A stretch of DNA of 64,000 nt from Candidatus Thiothrix anitrata (GCF_017901155.1 NZ_CP072800.1:645283-709282), one strand, 5' to 3'; positions 50,422-60,225 are shown, counted from the stretch's first letter. The notes: a model not told the origin generated them from the sequence alone. Made by a program: numbers and translations.

Positions 50422-51405
50422 CTAGCCTTGCGCCAAGTCGATTAGCACCCGCCCACGAACGCGCCCATTAATAATATCTTGGGCGGCTTGCGGCACGGCT
50501 TCGAGCGCGATGCTCTGCACTAGATCTGCGTAAGCGGCTTCCGGCAATTCCGCAGCAAGGCGTTCCCACGCACGTACCCGTCGTGCCAATGGGCAACTCA
50601 CCGAATCCACCCCGCGCAAACTCACATTACGCAAAATAAACGGCATCACCGTGGTATCCAGTTTGAAACTGCCCGCCAAACCGCAAGCCGCCACCGCTCC
50701 ACCGTAAGCCGTTTCTGCCAGCACCCGCGCCAGCATTTCACCACCCACTACATCCACCGCACCTGCCCAACGTTGTGCTTCTAACGGACGGCAAGGCTGG
50801 TTCATGGTTTCGCGACTGATGAATTCCTTTGCGCCCAATGTGCTTAAAAACGCATGAGTTTCCGGGCGACCAGTGACGGCTACCACGTGATACCCCAGAC
50901 GCGCCAACAACAAGACCGCCACGCTACCCACACCACCTGCCGCACCCGTGACTAACACTTTCCCAGCATCTGGGGTTACGCCCGCGTCTTCCAACGCCAT
51001 CACGCACAACATCGCGGTCAGCCCCGCCGTGCCAATAATCATGGCTTTTTGCGCGTTCAACCCCGCAGGCATCGGCACTAACCACTCACTATTCACCCGT
51101 GCTTTCTGGGCAAAGCCACCCCAATGATTTTCCCCAACACCCCAACCCGTGAGAATCACCGCATCGCCCGGACAAAACCGCTCACTCGCCGATTCCGCCA
51201 CAGTTCCGGCAAAATCAATACCGGGAACCATTGGAAACTGGCGCACAATTTTGCCTTTACCCGTGACTGCCAAACCGTCTTTGTAATTGAGCGACGAATA
51301 CGCCACATCGACTAAGACATCACCAGCGGGTAAATCGTCTACGGTTAACTGCCGAATGCTCGCGTGGGTTTTAGCGTCCTGTTGTTCCAAAACTAAGGCT
51401 TTAAA
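50422..51405 (-). CDS. YhdH/AcuI-type NADPH:quinone oxidoreductase / acrylyl-CoA reductase (MDR superfamily)
   Basis: MFKALVLEQ...VLVDVAYSSLNYKDGLA...TGAAGGVGSVAV are present. The start was moved to ATG 51405. Confidence 0.75.
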   Translation of the reverse strand, partial: FKALVLEQQDAKTHASIRQLTVDDLPAGDVLVDVAYSSLNYKDGLAVTGKGKIVRQFPMVPGIDFAGTVAESASERFCPGDAVILTGWGVGENHWGGFAQKARVNSEWLVPMPAGLNAQKAMIIGTAGLTAMLCVMALEDAGVTPDAGKVLVTGAAGGVGSVAVLLLARLGYHVVAVTGRPETHAFLSTLGAKEFISRETMNQPCRPLEAQRWAGAVDVVGGEMLARVLAETAYGGAVAACGLAGSFKLDTTVMPFILRNVSLRGVDSVSCPLARRVRAWERLAAELPEAAYADLVQSIALEAVPQAAQDIINGRVRGRVLIDLAQG

Positions 51406-52555
51406 CATGGGAAACTCCTGAAAGGTAATGTTCAATATCGCGTAAAAACACCCTGACTGGGATAATTTTTATGCCATCTATTTCCAACTTATCATCGCCG
51501 CCATACACAAGGTAAGGCGTAACTTGTGGATAATCTTCGCGGAAACTCTTGAGTCCGCTCAAATGCTTGGCAGAAACCGTGCGGTTACGCTTAACTTCAA
51601 TCGCATAAAATCCAGCATCGCCGTAACAAACAATATCCACCTCCTGCCCAGCGGCGGTGCGCCAAAACGAAAGGGTGTAACCCCAATCCTGATAAGCATT
51701 TAAGGCACGTATTTCCTGCAAAATAAAAGACTCAAGGCACACACCTTCCAATTCTTCCGGGCTATCCAACACCCCTTTAGGGCGCAGGTGGTAATAAATA
51801 CCAGTATCGAAAAAATAGAATTTACGGTGCTGCGTCATTTTGCGTTTGGCGCGTTTGGTAAATACCGGCAAACGGTAGGCAATCAACAAATCCTCAAGGA
51901 TAGAAAAATAATTTTCAGCCACCTTGCGGTTAATGTGCGCCTCCCGCGCTACGTCGGTAATGTTCAGCGATTCACCTTGGGAAAAACTAGCAATTTCCAG
52001 AAAGCGACTGAATGCACCGATATTACGGGTCAAACCTTCCTGCTGTACCTCCTGCTCCAAATAGGTTTGGATATAGGCTTGCAGGTAATGCTTAGGATTT
52101 TCTTCAGTGAAAATAGACGGCAACATCCCGAACTGTAACGCTTTGGTCAGATCAAAATCGTCAGCGCATTCTGCCACCGTTAACGGGAAAAAATGGTACT
52201 GCAATGCCCTGCCTGCCAACAGGTTGACGTTACTGCGGCGCAGTTTTCTGGCACTTGAGCCGGTAAGCACAAACCGCAGGTTTTTGCGGGTTTCAATCAG
52301 ACGATGGACTTCATCCAGCAAATTGGGGATTTTTTGAATTTCATCCAAGATGACCCAGCCTACGTAATCGGCAGGAATATATTCTTCCAGCCGATTTTCC
52401 GACCCCAACAAACGCTGAAACAAATCAGGTCTGAGGAAATCGAGGTAAATGGCATCACCAAAATATGTCTTCAACCAAGTGGTTTTCCCCGTGCCACGCG
52501 GCCCGAATAGGAAAAAACTTTTGTTGGCGGGCGGGGTAAATAACCTGTTGTACAT
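51401..52555 (-). CDS. AAA+ superfamily ATPase with DUF4143 domain (second copy in window)
   Basis: Walker A is FGPRGTGKTT and Walker B is WVILDEIQ. The stop overlaps the downstream oxidoreductase start, so the two genes are translationally coupled. Confidence 0.7.
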   Translation of the reverse strand: MYNRLFTPPANKSFFLFGPRGTGKTTWLKTYFGDAIYLDFLRPDLFQRLLGSENRLEEYIPADYVGWVILDEIQKIPNLLDEVHRLIETRKNLRFVLTGSSARKLRRSNVNLLAGRALQYHFFPLTVAECADDFDLTKALQFGMLPSIFTEENPKHYLQAYIQTYLEQEVQQEGLTRNIGAFSRFLEIASFSQGESLNITDVAREAHINRKVAENYFSILEDLLIAYRLPVFTKRAKRKMTQHRKFYFFDTGIYYHLRPKGVLDSPEELEGVCLESFILQEIRALNAYQDWGYTLSFWRTAAGQEVDIVCYGDAGFYAIEVKRNRTVSAKHLSGLKSFREDYPQVTPYLVYGGDDKLEIDGIKIIPVRVFLRDIEHYLSGVSHV

Positions 52556-52565
52556 AACTTACACG

Positions 52566-53285
52566 CTAAAGTGGATTCGTTAACGCCATTTTATCAGTAT
52601 TTATGGCGTTTCTACATCCAAAAATTGCCGTGCCAATCCGCACAATGGTTGCGCCCTCAGCAATCGCGGCTTCCATATCGTCGGTCATGCCCATCGACAA
52701 GGTATCCAGCGCGAACCCTTTCGCATTCAAATCCTGTTGCAGCAAACGTACCTGCGCAAATACCCCACGTTGGCGTTCAAACTCGTGTTCAGGAGCGGGA
52801 ATCGCCATTAAACCGCGCAACTTTAAACCCGGTAACAGCGTGATTTGCCGCGCCAGTTCTGGCACTTGCGATGGTGCAACCCCTGACTTGGAGGCTTCAT
52901 CACTGATATTCACTTGTAAACACACATTAATAGCTGGGGCGGAAGCAGGTTTTTGCGCACTCAAACGTTGCGCTACTTTCAAGCTATCAACCGAATGTAC
53001 CCACCGCGCTGTCGCCGCAATCGCTTTGGTTTTATTGGATTGAATCGGCCCGATAAAATGCCACTCAATCCCTGTGTCGGTTAATTCAATCGCTTTTTCG
53101 GTCATTTCCTGCACATAATTTTCGCCGAAACAGCGTTGCCCGACGGCGAAAGCTTCACGAATAGCGGCGGCGGGATGTTTCTTGCTCACCGCGAGTAACT
53201 GCACGCTACCCGGTTCACGCCCGAAACGTTGTTCGGCAGCACGGATGCGCTCACCGATTGTCTGGATGTTCTCACCTATTGTCAT
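52566..53285 (-). CDS. yggS: YggS family pyridoxal-phosphate homeostasis protein
   Basis: LLAVSKKHP holds the PLP-binding Lys. FIGPIQSNK is also present. Confidence 0.85.
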   Translation of the reverse strand: MTIGENIQTIGERIRAAEQRFGREPGSVQLLAVSKKHPAAAIREAFAVGQRCFGENYVQEMTEKAIELTDTGIEWHFIGPIQSNKTKAIAATARWVHSVDSLKVAQRLSAQKPASAPAINVCLQVNISDEASKSGVAPSQVPELARQITLLPGLKLRGLMAIPAPEHEFERQRGVFAQVRLLQQDLNAKGFALDTLSMGMTDDMEAAIAEGATIVRIGTAIFGCRNAINTDKMALTNPL

Positions 53286-53336
53286 GGCTTATGTTAATTT
53301 CCTTGGTTAATTGTACCTACGGGAATAATAACAACA

Positions 53337-54371
53337 ATGGACATTACCCAACTGCTGGCCTTTGGCGTGAAAAACAACGCCTCCGACTTGCACCTTTCCG
53401 GCGGAATGCCGCCCATGATTCGTGTTGATGGCGAAATGCGCAAAATCAACTTACCCGTGCTAGAGCACAAGGAAGTCCACGCGCTCGTCTATGACATTAT
53501 GAACGACCATCAACGCAAAACCTATGAAGAACACTGGGAATGCGATTTCTCGTTTGAAATCCCCGGCGTGGCACGCTTCCGGGTGAATGCGTTTAACCAA
53601 AATCGCGGAGCGGGTGCGGTATTTCGTACCATCCCCAGCAAAGTGTTGACGCTGGATCAGCTCGGCGCACCCAGCATTTTCCGTAAAATTGCTGACAATC
53701 CACGCGGTTTAGTGTTGGTTACAGGGCCGACAGGTTCGGGCAAATCCACCACCCTTGCAGCAATGGTCGATTACAAAAACGACACCGATTACGGGCATAT
53801 CCTCACCATTGAAGACCCGATTGAATTCGTGCACCAAAGCAAAAAAAGCTTGGTCAACCAACGTGAAGTCCACCGCGATACCCGTGGGTTTGAAAACGCG
53901 CTGCGTTCTGCGTTGCGTGAAGACCCGGACACCATTTTAGTCGGGGAAATGCGTGACCTCGAAACCATCCGGCTGGCATTGACCGCAGCGGAAACCGGGC
54001 ATCTGGTGTTTGGCACATTGCACACCACTTCTGCCCCGAAAACTATTGACCGTATTGTCGATGTGTTCCCAGCGGCGGAAAAAGACATGGTGCGCTCGAT
54101 GCTGTCCGAATCGTTGCAGGCGGTGATTTCCCAAACCCTGCTCAAGAAAAAAGGCGGCGGTCGGGTAGCCGCGCACGAAATTTTAATCGGTACACGCGCT
54201 ATCCGTAACCTGATTCGCGAAAACAAAATTGCCCAAATGCGCTCATCCATGCAAACCGGGCAAACCGACGGAATGCAAACCCTTGACCAATCACTGAAAA
54301 GTTTGGTTATGAAAGGATTAGTTGATCGCAACGAAGCCCGCCGCAAAGCGGATAGCCCGGATAGTATTTAG
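53337..54371 (+). CDS. pilT: Type IV pilus retraction ATPase PilT
   Basis: SDLHLSGG, Walker A (GPTGSGKSTT), the Asp box and the His box are present. The protein is 344 aa. Confidence 0.9.
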   Translation: MDITQLLAFGVKNNASDLHLSGGMPPMIRVDGEMRKINLPVLEHKEVHALVYDIMNDHQRKTYEEHWECDFSFEIPGVARFRVNAFNQNRGAGAVFRTIPSKVLTLDQLGAPSIFRKIADNPRGLVLVTGPTGSGKSTTLAAMVDYKNDTDYGHILTIEDPIEFVHQSKKSLVNQREVHRDTRGFENALRSALREDPDTILVGEMRDLETIRLALTAAETGHLVFGTLHTTSAPKTIDRIVDVFPAAEKDMVRSMLSESLQAVISQTLLKKKGGGRVAAHEILIGTRAIRNLIRENKIAQMRSSMQTGQTDGMQTLDQSLKSLVMKGLVDRNEARRKADSPDSI

Positions 54372-54380
54372 GAGTAAGGC

Positions 54381-55538
54381 ATGGATCGTGATACCGCCGT
54401 CAGTTACGTACACAAATTGCTTGCCACCATGCTCGAAAAAGGCGGCTCCGATTTATACATCACCGCTGAAGCCGCGCCGTCAATCAAACTCGACAGCGAA
54501 CTGGTCGCGCTGACCAATCAGCCGTTAAATGAAAGCAATGCGCGGATGTTGGTGCGTTCGATTATGAACGACCGCCAGTTAAAGCAGTTTGAAGAAGACA
54601 TGGAATCCAATTTCGCGATTAGCTTACCGGGCAAAGCGCGGTTCCGGGTCAATACCTTCACCCAGCGCGGCTGTGCGGGCATGGTATTGCGCCATATTCC
54701 TAACCACATTCCCGATTTAAAAACGCTGAATTTACCACCAGTCTTGCGTGACATTGCCATGACTAAACGCGGTCTGGTGGTCATGGTCGGGGCAACGGGT
54801 TCGGGTAAATCCACCACGCTGGCTTCGATGGTGGATTACCGTAATGAAAATTCCAAAGGCCATATTGTCACCATTGAAGACCCGATTGAATTCGTCCACG
54901 CACATAAAGGTTGTTTGATTACACAACGCGAAGTTGGGGTGGATACCGCCAGTTACGAAATTGCCATGAAAAACACGTTGCGCCAAGCTCCAGACGTAAT
55001 TTTACTGGGGGAAATTCGTGACCGTGAAACCATGGAATACGCGATTGCCTACGCAGAAACCGGGCACTTATGCCTATCAACGTTGCACGCCAATAGCTCC
55101 AACCAAGCAATTGACCGCATTATTAACTTCTTCCCGGAAGAACGTCGCAACCAATTACTGATGGATTTATCCCTCAATCTCAAAGCGGTGGTCTCGCAAC
55201 GCCTAGTGCGCAAAGCCAAAGACGACGGGCGTTTACCGGCGGTTGAAGTGGTGATCAATACCCCGCTAATGGCAGAGTTAATCCTCAAAGGCGACGTGCC
55301 GGGGATGAAAGATTTAACCGCTAAATCCCGCGAACACGGAATGCGCACCTTTGACCAAGCTCTGTTCGATTTGATTGAAACCCGCAAAATCACCGTGCAT
55401 GAAGGCTTACGCCACGCCGATTCACAAAACGACCTGCGGCTGCGTCTCAAGCTGGAAAGCCGCTTTGCCAAAGATAATGACTTCTTCAAAGGGCTGGATG
55501 ACATGAGTATGGAACCATTGGAGCAACGCCTGAAATGA
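54381..55538 (+). CDS. pilU: Type IV pilus ATPase PilU
   Basis: SDLYITAEAAPSIKLD and GATGSGKSTT are present. The gene lies immediately downstream of pilT, as in Pseudomonas. Confidence 0.85.
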   Translation: MDRDTAVSYVHKLLATMLEKGGSDLYITAEAAPSIKLDSELVALTNQPLNESNARMLVRSIMNDRQLKQFEEDMESNFAISLPGKARFRVNTFTQRGCAGMVLRHIPNHIPDLKTLNLPPVLRDIAMTKRGLVVMVGATGSGKSTTLASMVDYRNENSKGHIVTIEDPIEFVHAHKGCLITQREVGVDTASYEIAMKNTLRQAPDVILLGEIRDRETMEYAIAYAETGHLCLSTLHANSSNQAIDRIINFFPEERRNQLLMDLSLNLKAVVSQRLVRKAKDDGRLPAVEVVINTPLMAELILKGDVPGMKDLTAKSREHGMRTFDQALFDLIETRKITVHEGLRHADSQNDLRLRLKLESRFAKDNDFFKGLDDMSMEPLEQRLK

Positions 55539-56692
55539 CCGCCACTATTCCCCCGACCGAAACCCACGGACATCGCATTCACCCGCTGCTGCACATGATG
55601 GTGAAACAGGGTGCTTCTGACTTGTATTTAACCACAGGCGCGAACGCTTCGATTAAAGTGCGCGGGCAATTACGCTCCATCAGCCGCGAACCGATGCGCC
55701 CCGGCAATATCCGTCAACTTGCCGAAGAAATCCTTGCCGCCAATGAGTTAGATAACTTTTATGCCGATCGCGAACTCAACAAAGGCTATTCAATGCCCGG
55801 TGTTGGGCGTTTCCGCATGAATTTTTACTTCCAGCGCGGGGAAGTGTCGATGGTCATCCGCCATATCCGCTCAGAAATTCCTACACCGGAAAGTTTAAAT
55901 TTACCGCTGGTTTTGAATGATCTGGTGATGCAAAAGTCAGGGTTGGTTTTGTTCATTGGCTCGACTGGTTCGGGGAAATCCACTTCAATGGCGGCACTGA
56001 TTCAACGCCGCAACGAACACCATCAAGGTCATATTTTAACCATCGAAGACCCGATTGAGTACACCTTTCACCACAACCGTTCGATCATTGGGCAGCGTGA
56101 AGTCGGTTTTGATACCTTGAGTTACGCCAATGCGATGCGTGAAGCGATGCGCGAAGCACCGGACATGATTATGGTCGGGGAGGTGCGTGACACCGAAACC
56201 ATGAGTGCGGTCATGGGTTTTGCGGATACCGGTCATTTGGTATTAACAACCTTGCACGCCACCAACGTTATCCAAGCGTTAGAACGCATCCTGTATTTAT
56301 TCCCCAGCGAAAACAAAAGCCGGATATTGATGGATTTATCTCTTAACCTACGCGCTATCGTAGCGCAACGCCTTGTGCCGGGAAAACAGGACAGCTTGCA
56401 CCTAGCCGCTGAAGTTTTAATCAACACACCTTATGTTGCCGAATTAATCCGCAAAGGTAATCTTAATGATTTACGCGATATTATTGCCAAGGGCAGTAGC
56501 GATGGAATGCAAAGCTTTGACCAAGCCCTGTTAAAACTCTACCGCGAAGAACACATCAGCAAAGCCCGCGCCTTGGAATACGCCAGCTCCCGCAACGACA
56601 TGGAATGGCAACTCAATTTTGGTGCTGGTGAAATCACGGCTATAGAATCATCCCCACGGATGCCAGAAATTATTGATGGTTTACCCGCATAA
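55535..56692 (+). CDS. Third PilT/PilU-family ATPase paralog
   Basis: SDLYLTTGANASIKVRG and GSTGSGKSTS are present, with a full-length PilT-like fold. It is translationally coupled to pilU (ATGA). Confidence 0.8.
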   Translation: MTATIPPTETHGHRIHPLLHMMVKQGASDLYLTTGANASIKVRGQLRSISREPMRPGNIRQLAEEILAANELDNFYADRELNKGYSMPGVGRFRMNFYFQRGEVSMVIRHIRSEIPTPESLNLPLVLNDLVMQKSGLVLFIGSTGSGKSTSMAALIQRRNEHHQGHILTIEDPIEYTFHHNRSIIGQREVGFDTLSYANAMREAMREAPDMIMVGEVRDTETMSAVMGFADTGHLVLTTLHATNVIQALERILYLFPSENKSRILMDLSLNLRAIVAQRLVPGKQDSLHLAAEVLINTPYVAELIRKGNLNDLRDIIAKGSSDGMQSFDQALLKLYREEHISKARALEYASSRNDMEWQLNFGAGEITAIESSPRMPEIIDGLPA

Positions 56693-56833
56693 AAATGTGA
56701 ATAAATCACAGATTCGCTGCTCATCGACAACGTACAGTAAACTACAGGCTGGAGAATGTCCCGCAGGAGCGGGCGTAAATCAAGGATGAGTGCGTTTTCC
56801 AGCCTCATTATCGTATCTAGGAGGGCAAACATT

Positions 56834-57229
56834 ATGAAGTACCGTGACACTGCTATTCGCACCCTGTTGTGTCTAGCCGTACTTAACGCGCCGTTAGCAA
56901 TGGCTGGGGAACGCTGCCAACAGCTCAATATCAACATTACCAATAAGTCCGAAGCGGAAATCAAAATCACCGCTGTGGATTACTTCGATCCGCAGCAACG
57001 CCAATGGCGTAATGAGGCACGTATCGAACAAATCCTAGCCAACAACGCACAATGGCAATGGCGGCGCAGCTTAGAACAAGTGCGCGATGCCACTACCCGC
57101 TTACGGATTACCTATCAAACCCGACTTACCGGCTTACACCTTAACAATTACAGCGCAAAACGTACCGCCGAATCCGCACCGTTTACCTGCACCAATAATG
57201 GCGATAGTCCATTAATTGAGCTGCGTTAA
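56834..57229 (+). CDS. Secreted hypothetical protein
   Basis: The start was moved to ATG 56834 (RBS AGGAGGGC), giving the signal peptide MKYRDTAIRTLLCLAVLNAPLAMA. The protein is 131 aa with two Cys. Confidence 0.55.
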   Translation: MKYRDTAIRTLLCLAVLNAPLAMAGERCQQLNINITNKSEAEIKITAVDYFDPQQRQWRNEARIEQILANNAQWQWRRSLEQVRDATTRLRITYQTRLTGLHLNNYSAKRTAESAPFTCTNNGDSPLIELR

Positions 57230-57927
57230 GCGGTTTGCCATAACGGAATGGTGGTGAACGCCTGCAAATCCGCAGCATTATCCATTCCAAAAGGCGGGGG
57301 ATTGCGCCGATTCAGGGCAATCCCCGCTATCTGCAAACCGCGCCGTTGAGCTGCTTCCAAACTCAACAATACCGGACTTAGGCAACCCACCCGATCCTCT
57401 GTCACTAACAACACCGGCAATCCCAACGCAACCGCCAAATCTGCATTTAAACCATCCGCAGCCAGCGGTGAATAAAAACCACCCGCACCTTCCACCAACA
57501 AATACTGCTGCCCTGTCACCCCTGCCCAACAAGCTTGCTGCAAAGTTGCAATGTTCAGGGTTACGCCCTCCAAAGCAGCCGCACGCGGTGGCGACAATGG
57601 TGCGTGAAAATGATACGGGCAAACCTGTGCAGGATCATTACCCGCTGCCTGTCCCAATTGCCAAGCATCCGTGGTGGTCATATCCACGGCATTCCAACCG
57701 GACTCCACCGGCTTACGCGCCACAACGTCCAAGCCATGCGTGCGTAACGCGCCAATCACCTGCCGACCTACCCACGTTTTTCCAACACCCGTATCTGTTG
57801 CCGTCACAAACACCCCTCGCGCCCTTGCAAGACCCGTTGCCGCTAACCAAGCTTGTAAATCAGACATTACATCCATCGCTTCCACCTCAAAAACACCATT
57901 TGTCGGATAATAACCCATTGATACCAT
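57226..57927 (-). CDS. bioD: ATP-dependent dethiobiotin synthetase BioD
   Basis: GVFVTATDTGVGKT is the P-loop and KPVESGW is present. The true start is uncertain, because the N-terminal extension is about 30 aa longer than typical BioD. Confidence 0.75.
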   Translation of the reverse strand: MVSMGYYPTNGVFEVEAMDVMSDLQAWLAATGLARARGVFVTATDTGVGKTWVGRQVIGALRTHGLDVVARKPVESGWNAVDMTTTDAWQLGQAAGNDPAQVCPYHFHAPLSPPRAAALEGVTLNIATLQQACWAGVTGQQYLLVEGAGGFYSPLAADGLNADLAVALGLPVLLVTEDRVGCLSPVLLSLEAAQRRGLQIAGIALNRRNPPPFGMDNAADLQAFTTIPLWQTA

Positions 57928-58071
57928 AATGATACTGATAAGCAGCCCTCGTTAATGATAGATTTATTTTATAAACACATGAACCTCTACGCGCTTCATC
58001 GCGACCTATGGAAAACAATAGTGATGCTGGGGGCAGCACACTGTTAGAAAACGATAATTCTTGCGACTTGC

Positions 58072-58608
58072 TTGGTAACAATAATGATGAAAATGACCAA
58101 ATTGACTGCGTTATGCGCAGTGGGCTACGTGCTATTAGCAACCCAAACGCCGCTACTGGCGGCACAAGAATGCAATAGCAGATCAGCGTTACCCGCCAAT
58201 GGCGAACGCTTCACCTCTCACTCAAATGGCACAGTAACGGATAAACAAACACAACTCATGTGGAAGCAATGCATGGAAGGACAACGCGGCGCACGTTGCT
58301 TGGGTCAAGCCGCCATCTTGCCGTGGGATCGTGCCTTGCAAACAGCCTACACCGCCAGTCAGGTAAACTTTGCGGGTCACAGTGATTGGCGTTTACCGAC
58401 AGTCGAGGAATTACTCAGTTTGGTAGACAAACAATGCCGCGAACCAGCCATTAACTTACGCTTTTTTCCTGCCACACCGGCAAGCAGCTTATGGTCGGGC
58501 AACCAATCCGACCCTAATGCTTGGAGTGTCGATTTTAGTGCAGGCCACCCGTTCCAGTCTTTCAAGGCTGGCGGTAAATACGTCCGCTTGGTGCGCAACT
58601 TACACTAA
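58072..58608 (+). CDS. Secreted DUF1566 (Lcl C-terminal domain) protein
   Basis: A signal peptide is present, with NGTVTDKQTQLMWKQC...DWRLPTVEELLSLVD...LWS. This is characteristic of DUF1566. Confidence 0.7.
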   Translation: MVTIMMKMTKLTALCAVGYVLLATQTPLLAAQECNSRSALPANGERFTSHSNGTVTDKQTQLMWKQCMEGQRGARCLGQAAILPWDRALQTAYTASQVNFAGHSDWRLPTVEELLSLVDKQCREPAINLRFFPATPASSLWSGNQSDPNAWSVDFSAGHPFQSFKAGGKYVRLVRNLH

Positions 58609-58758
58609 ACCGGTGTCAATGCATCTCGCGACCACCCCATACTGGCACTGGTGTCGGTTGAATCTGCTCCCCTGTGGATAGATCGACATCAGTACCGGTA
58701 TACCTTTACGGACTATTCACTCTCTTCAAAAATAGCCACTCGGGCAGCGAAAAAATAC

Positions 58759-58787
58759 TTTACATTAGTAAATGCTAATATTATAAT
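58759..58787 (+). promoter_or_regulatory. Near-consensus sigma70 promoter for the Gly/Asn/Tyr-rich secreted protein gene
   Basis: The -35 element is TTTACA (58759..58764). A 17-bp spacer follows, then the -10 element TATAAT (58782..58787). The SD AGGAG lies at 58823. Confidence 0.6.
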
Positions 58788-58835
58788 TCTCTCCAAGATA
58801 CACATAGTTACTAACACTTTGCTAGGAGATTACTC

Positions 58836-59282
58836 ATGAAATTACAAACTATCGTTTTTGCTACCCTGATCGCAATGTCTGGCACTGCTTCTGCTGAATT
58901 CTTCGGTGACAATGGCACTGCAACTGGTCAAGGCAACAACCAAGGCTCTGTAAACACAGCAGCAAACACCAATGGCTACGGCAACGGTGCTGGCGACCTG
59001 AACGGTTTCAGCAAAAACAAAGGCACTGCTGACGGCGAAGTTGAATTCAGCATCAACTTCAAAGGCAAAGGCAAAACTGACATGGCTAGCGACATGGCTG
59101 CTAACGGCAAAGGCAACGGCGACTGGTATGCTGCTGGTAACGGTTATGGCTACGGCGACACCAAGAACAACGTTTACGCGACTGGTCAATCTTCACAAGA
59201 TGGCAACAACTTTGCTCCTATGATGCCAGCAGCTCCGGCAATGCAAGCTCCTGCGGCTCCAGTAGCAGCACCTGCTAAGTAA
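58836..59282 (+). CDS. Small secreted Gly/Asn/Tyr-rich low-complexity protein, candidate sulfur-globule (Sgp-like) or other structural envelope protein
   Basis: A signal peptide (MKLQTIVFATLIAMSGTASA) is followed by GNGYGYG / GYGNGAG motifs and a Pro/Ala-rich tail. Codon choice is strongly biased (GGC, AAC, GCT). It is flanked by a consensus promoter and a strong terminator. Confidence 0.6.
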   Translation: MKLQTIVFATLIAMSGTASAEFFGDNGTATGQGNNQGSVNTAANTNGYGNGAGDLNGFSKNKGTADGEVEFSINFKGKGKTDMASDMAANGKGNGDWYAAGNGYGYGDTKNNVYATGQSSQDGNNFAPMMPAAPAMQAPAAPVAAPAK

Positions 59283-59309
59283 TCACTCGCTTACCAAGTG
59301 ATTAAAAAA

Positions 59310-59331
59310 GGCTCCTTCGGGAGTCTTTTTG
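59310..59331 (+). terminator. Rho-independent terminator
   Basis: A GGCTCC-TTCG-GGAGTC hairpin with a GNRA-like tetraloop is followed by TTTTT. It is preceded by a second hairpin, AATCACT...AGTGATT. Confidence 0.7.
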
Positions 59332-59412
59332 CGTTTAGACGTTACGGCATATAGACGAATGCCCAAAAAGTTTGCTATTAAACCCGCTGATTTTTCATGG
59401 TAATGCAACATT

Positions 59413-60162
59413 GTGACCGAAGCACCTCTTACCCCCACTCTTCTCCCATTTTTTGGGGATGAATTCGCGACACTGACTAAAGCGGTCAGTGACTTAGGCT
59501 TTGACGGCGTGTTGTACTCTTTCTACCCCAAGCCGATGTACATGAGTAAAGATGTGCAACCCGTGCTGCACTATTCCGTCAGCCTTGCCCCTTTCGTGGC
59601 GCATTACATTCAGCACAATTACGGCAACCGGGATTTTGTGCTGCGGCTGGCATTACAGGATTGGAAAAAAGCGATTGACTGGTGGGAAGAAATTAACGCT
59701 GGTCACGTCAGTCGCGAAGAACGCGCCGTCACCGAAGATGCCAGAAAGCACTTTGGCATCCAGTACGGCCTATCTGTCCCGGCACTGCGGGGAACCTTTG
59801 CGATTGCCGGAATCTCTGTCATTAGTAAAAACCAGAGTTTGGCACACTTCCAAAATCTGAAAAAAACGCATCTCGCGCAACTTTTCACGCTTGCCAGCGA
59901 CTATCACGCTACTGTGATTAACTCCAAAGAATCGCTGCGCTTTTTCATTCAGCCGCTACTGGAAAATTTGAATACCACGCAAAAAACGGTACTCAAACAC
60001 CTGTTGACCGGCAAGCCGATGAAAAGCATTCCGCATACCTTCGGGATCGCACCGCGTTACGCAGAAAAAGTATTACTCGGCATTCGGCAGGAATTTGGCA
60101 ACATTACTAGCAATGAGCTGTTGTACATACTCGGCATGGTTAACATTCACGAATATTTGTGA
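59413..60162 (+). CDS. LuxR-family regulator (autoinducer-binding-like N-domain + C-terminal HTH), solo
   Basis: The protein is about 249 aa. The C-terminal HTH-like segment is NTTQKTVLKHLLTGKPMKSIPHTFGIAPRYAEKVLLGIRQEFG. No luxI lies nearby. The start is GTG. The family call is tentative. Confidence 0.45.
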   Translation: MTEAPLTPTLLPFFGDEFATLTKAVSDLGFDGVLYSFYPKPMYMSKDVQPVLHYSVSLAPFVAHYIQHNYGNRDFVLRLALQDWKKAIDWWEEINAGHVSREERAVTEDARKHFGIQYGLSVPALRGTFAIAGISVISKNQSLAHFQNLKKTHLAQLFTLASDYHATVINSKESLRFFIQPLLENLNTTQKTVLKHLLTGKPMKSIPHTFGIAPRYAEKVLLGIRQEFGNITSNELLYILGMVNIHEYL

Positions 60163-60225
60163 GCCTTTTTGCTGGGGCGGATTTCGTCTAAACTGCCAAG
60201 ACTAATTCGTCCACAGGAGATTGAC

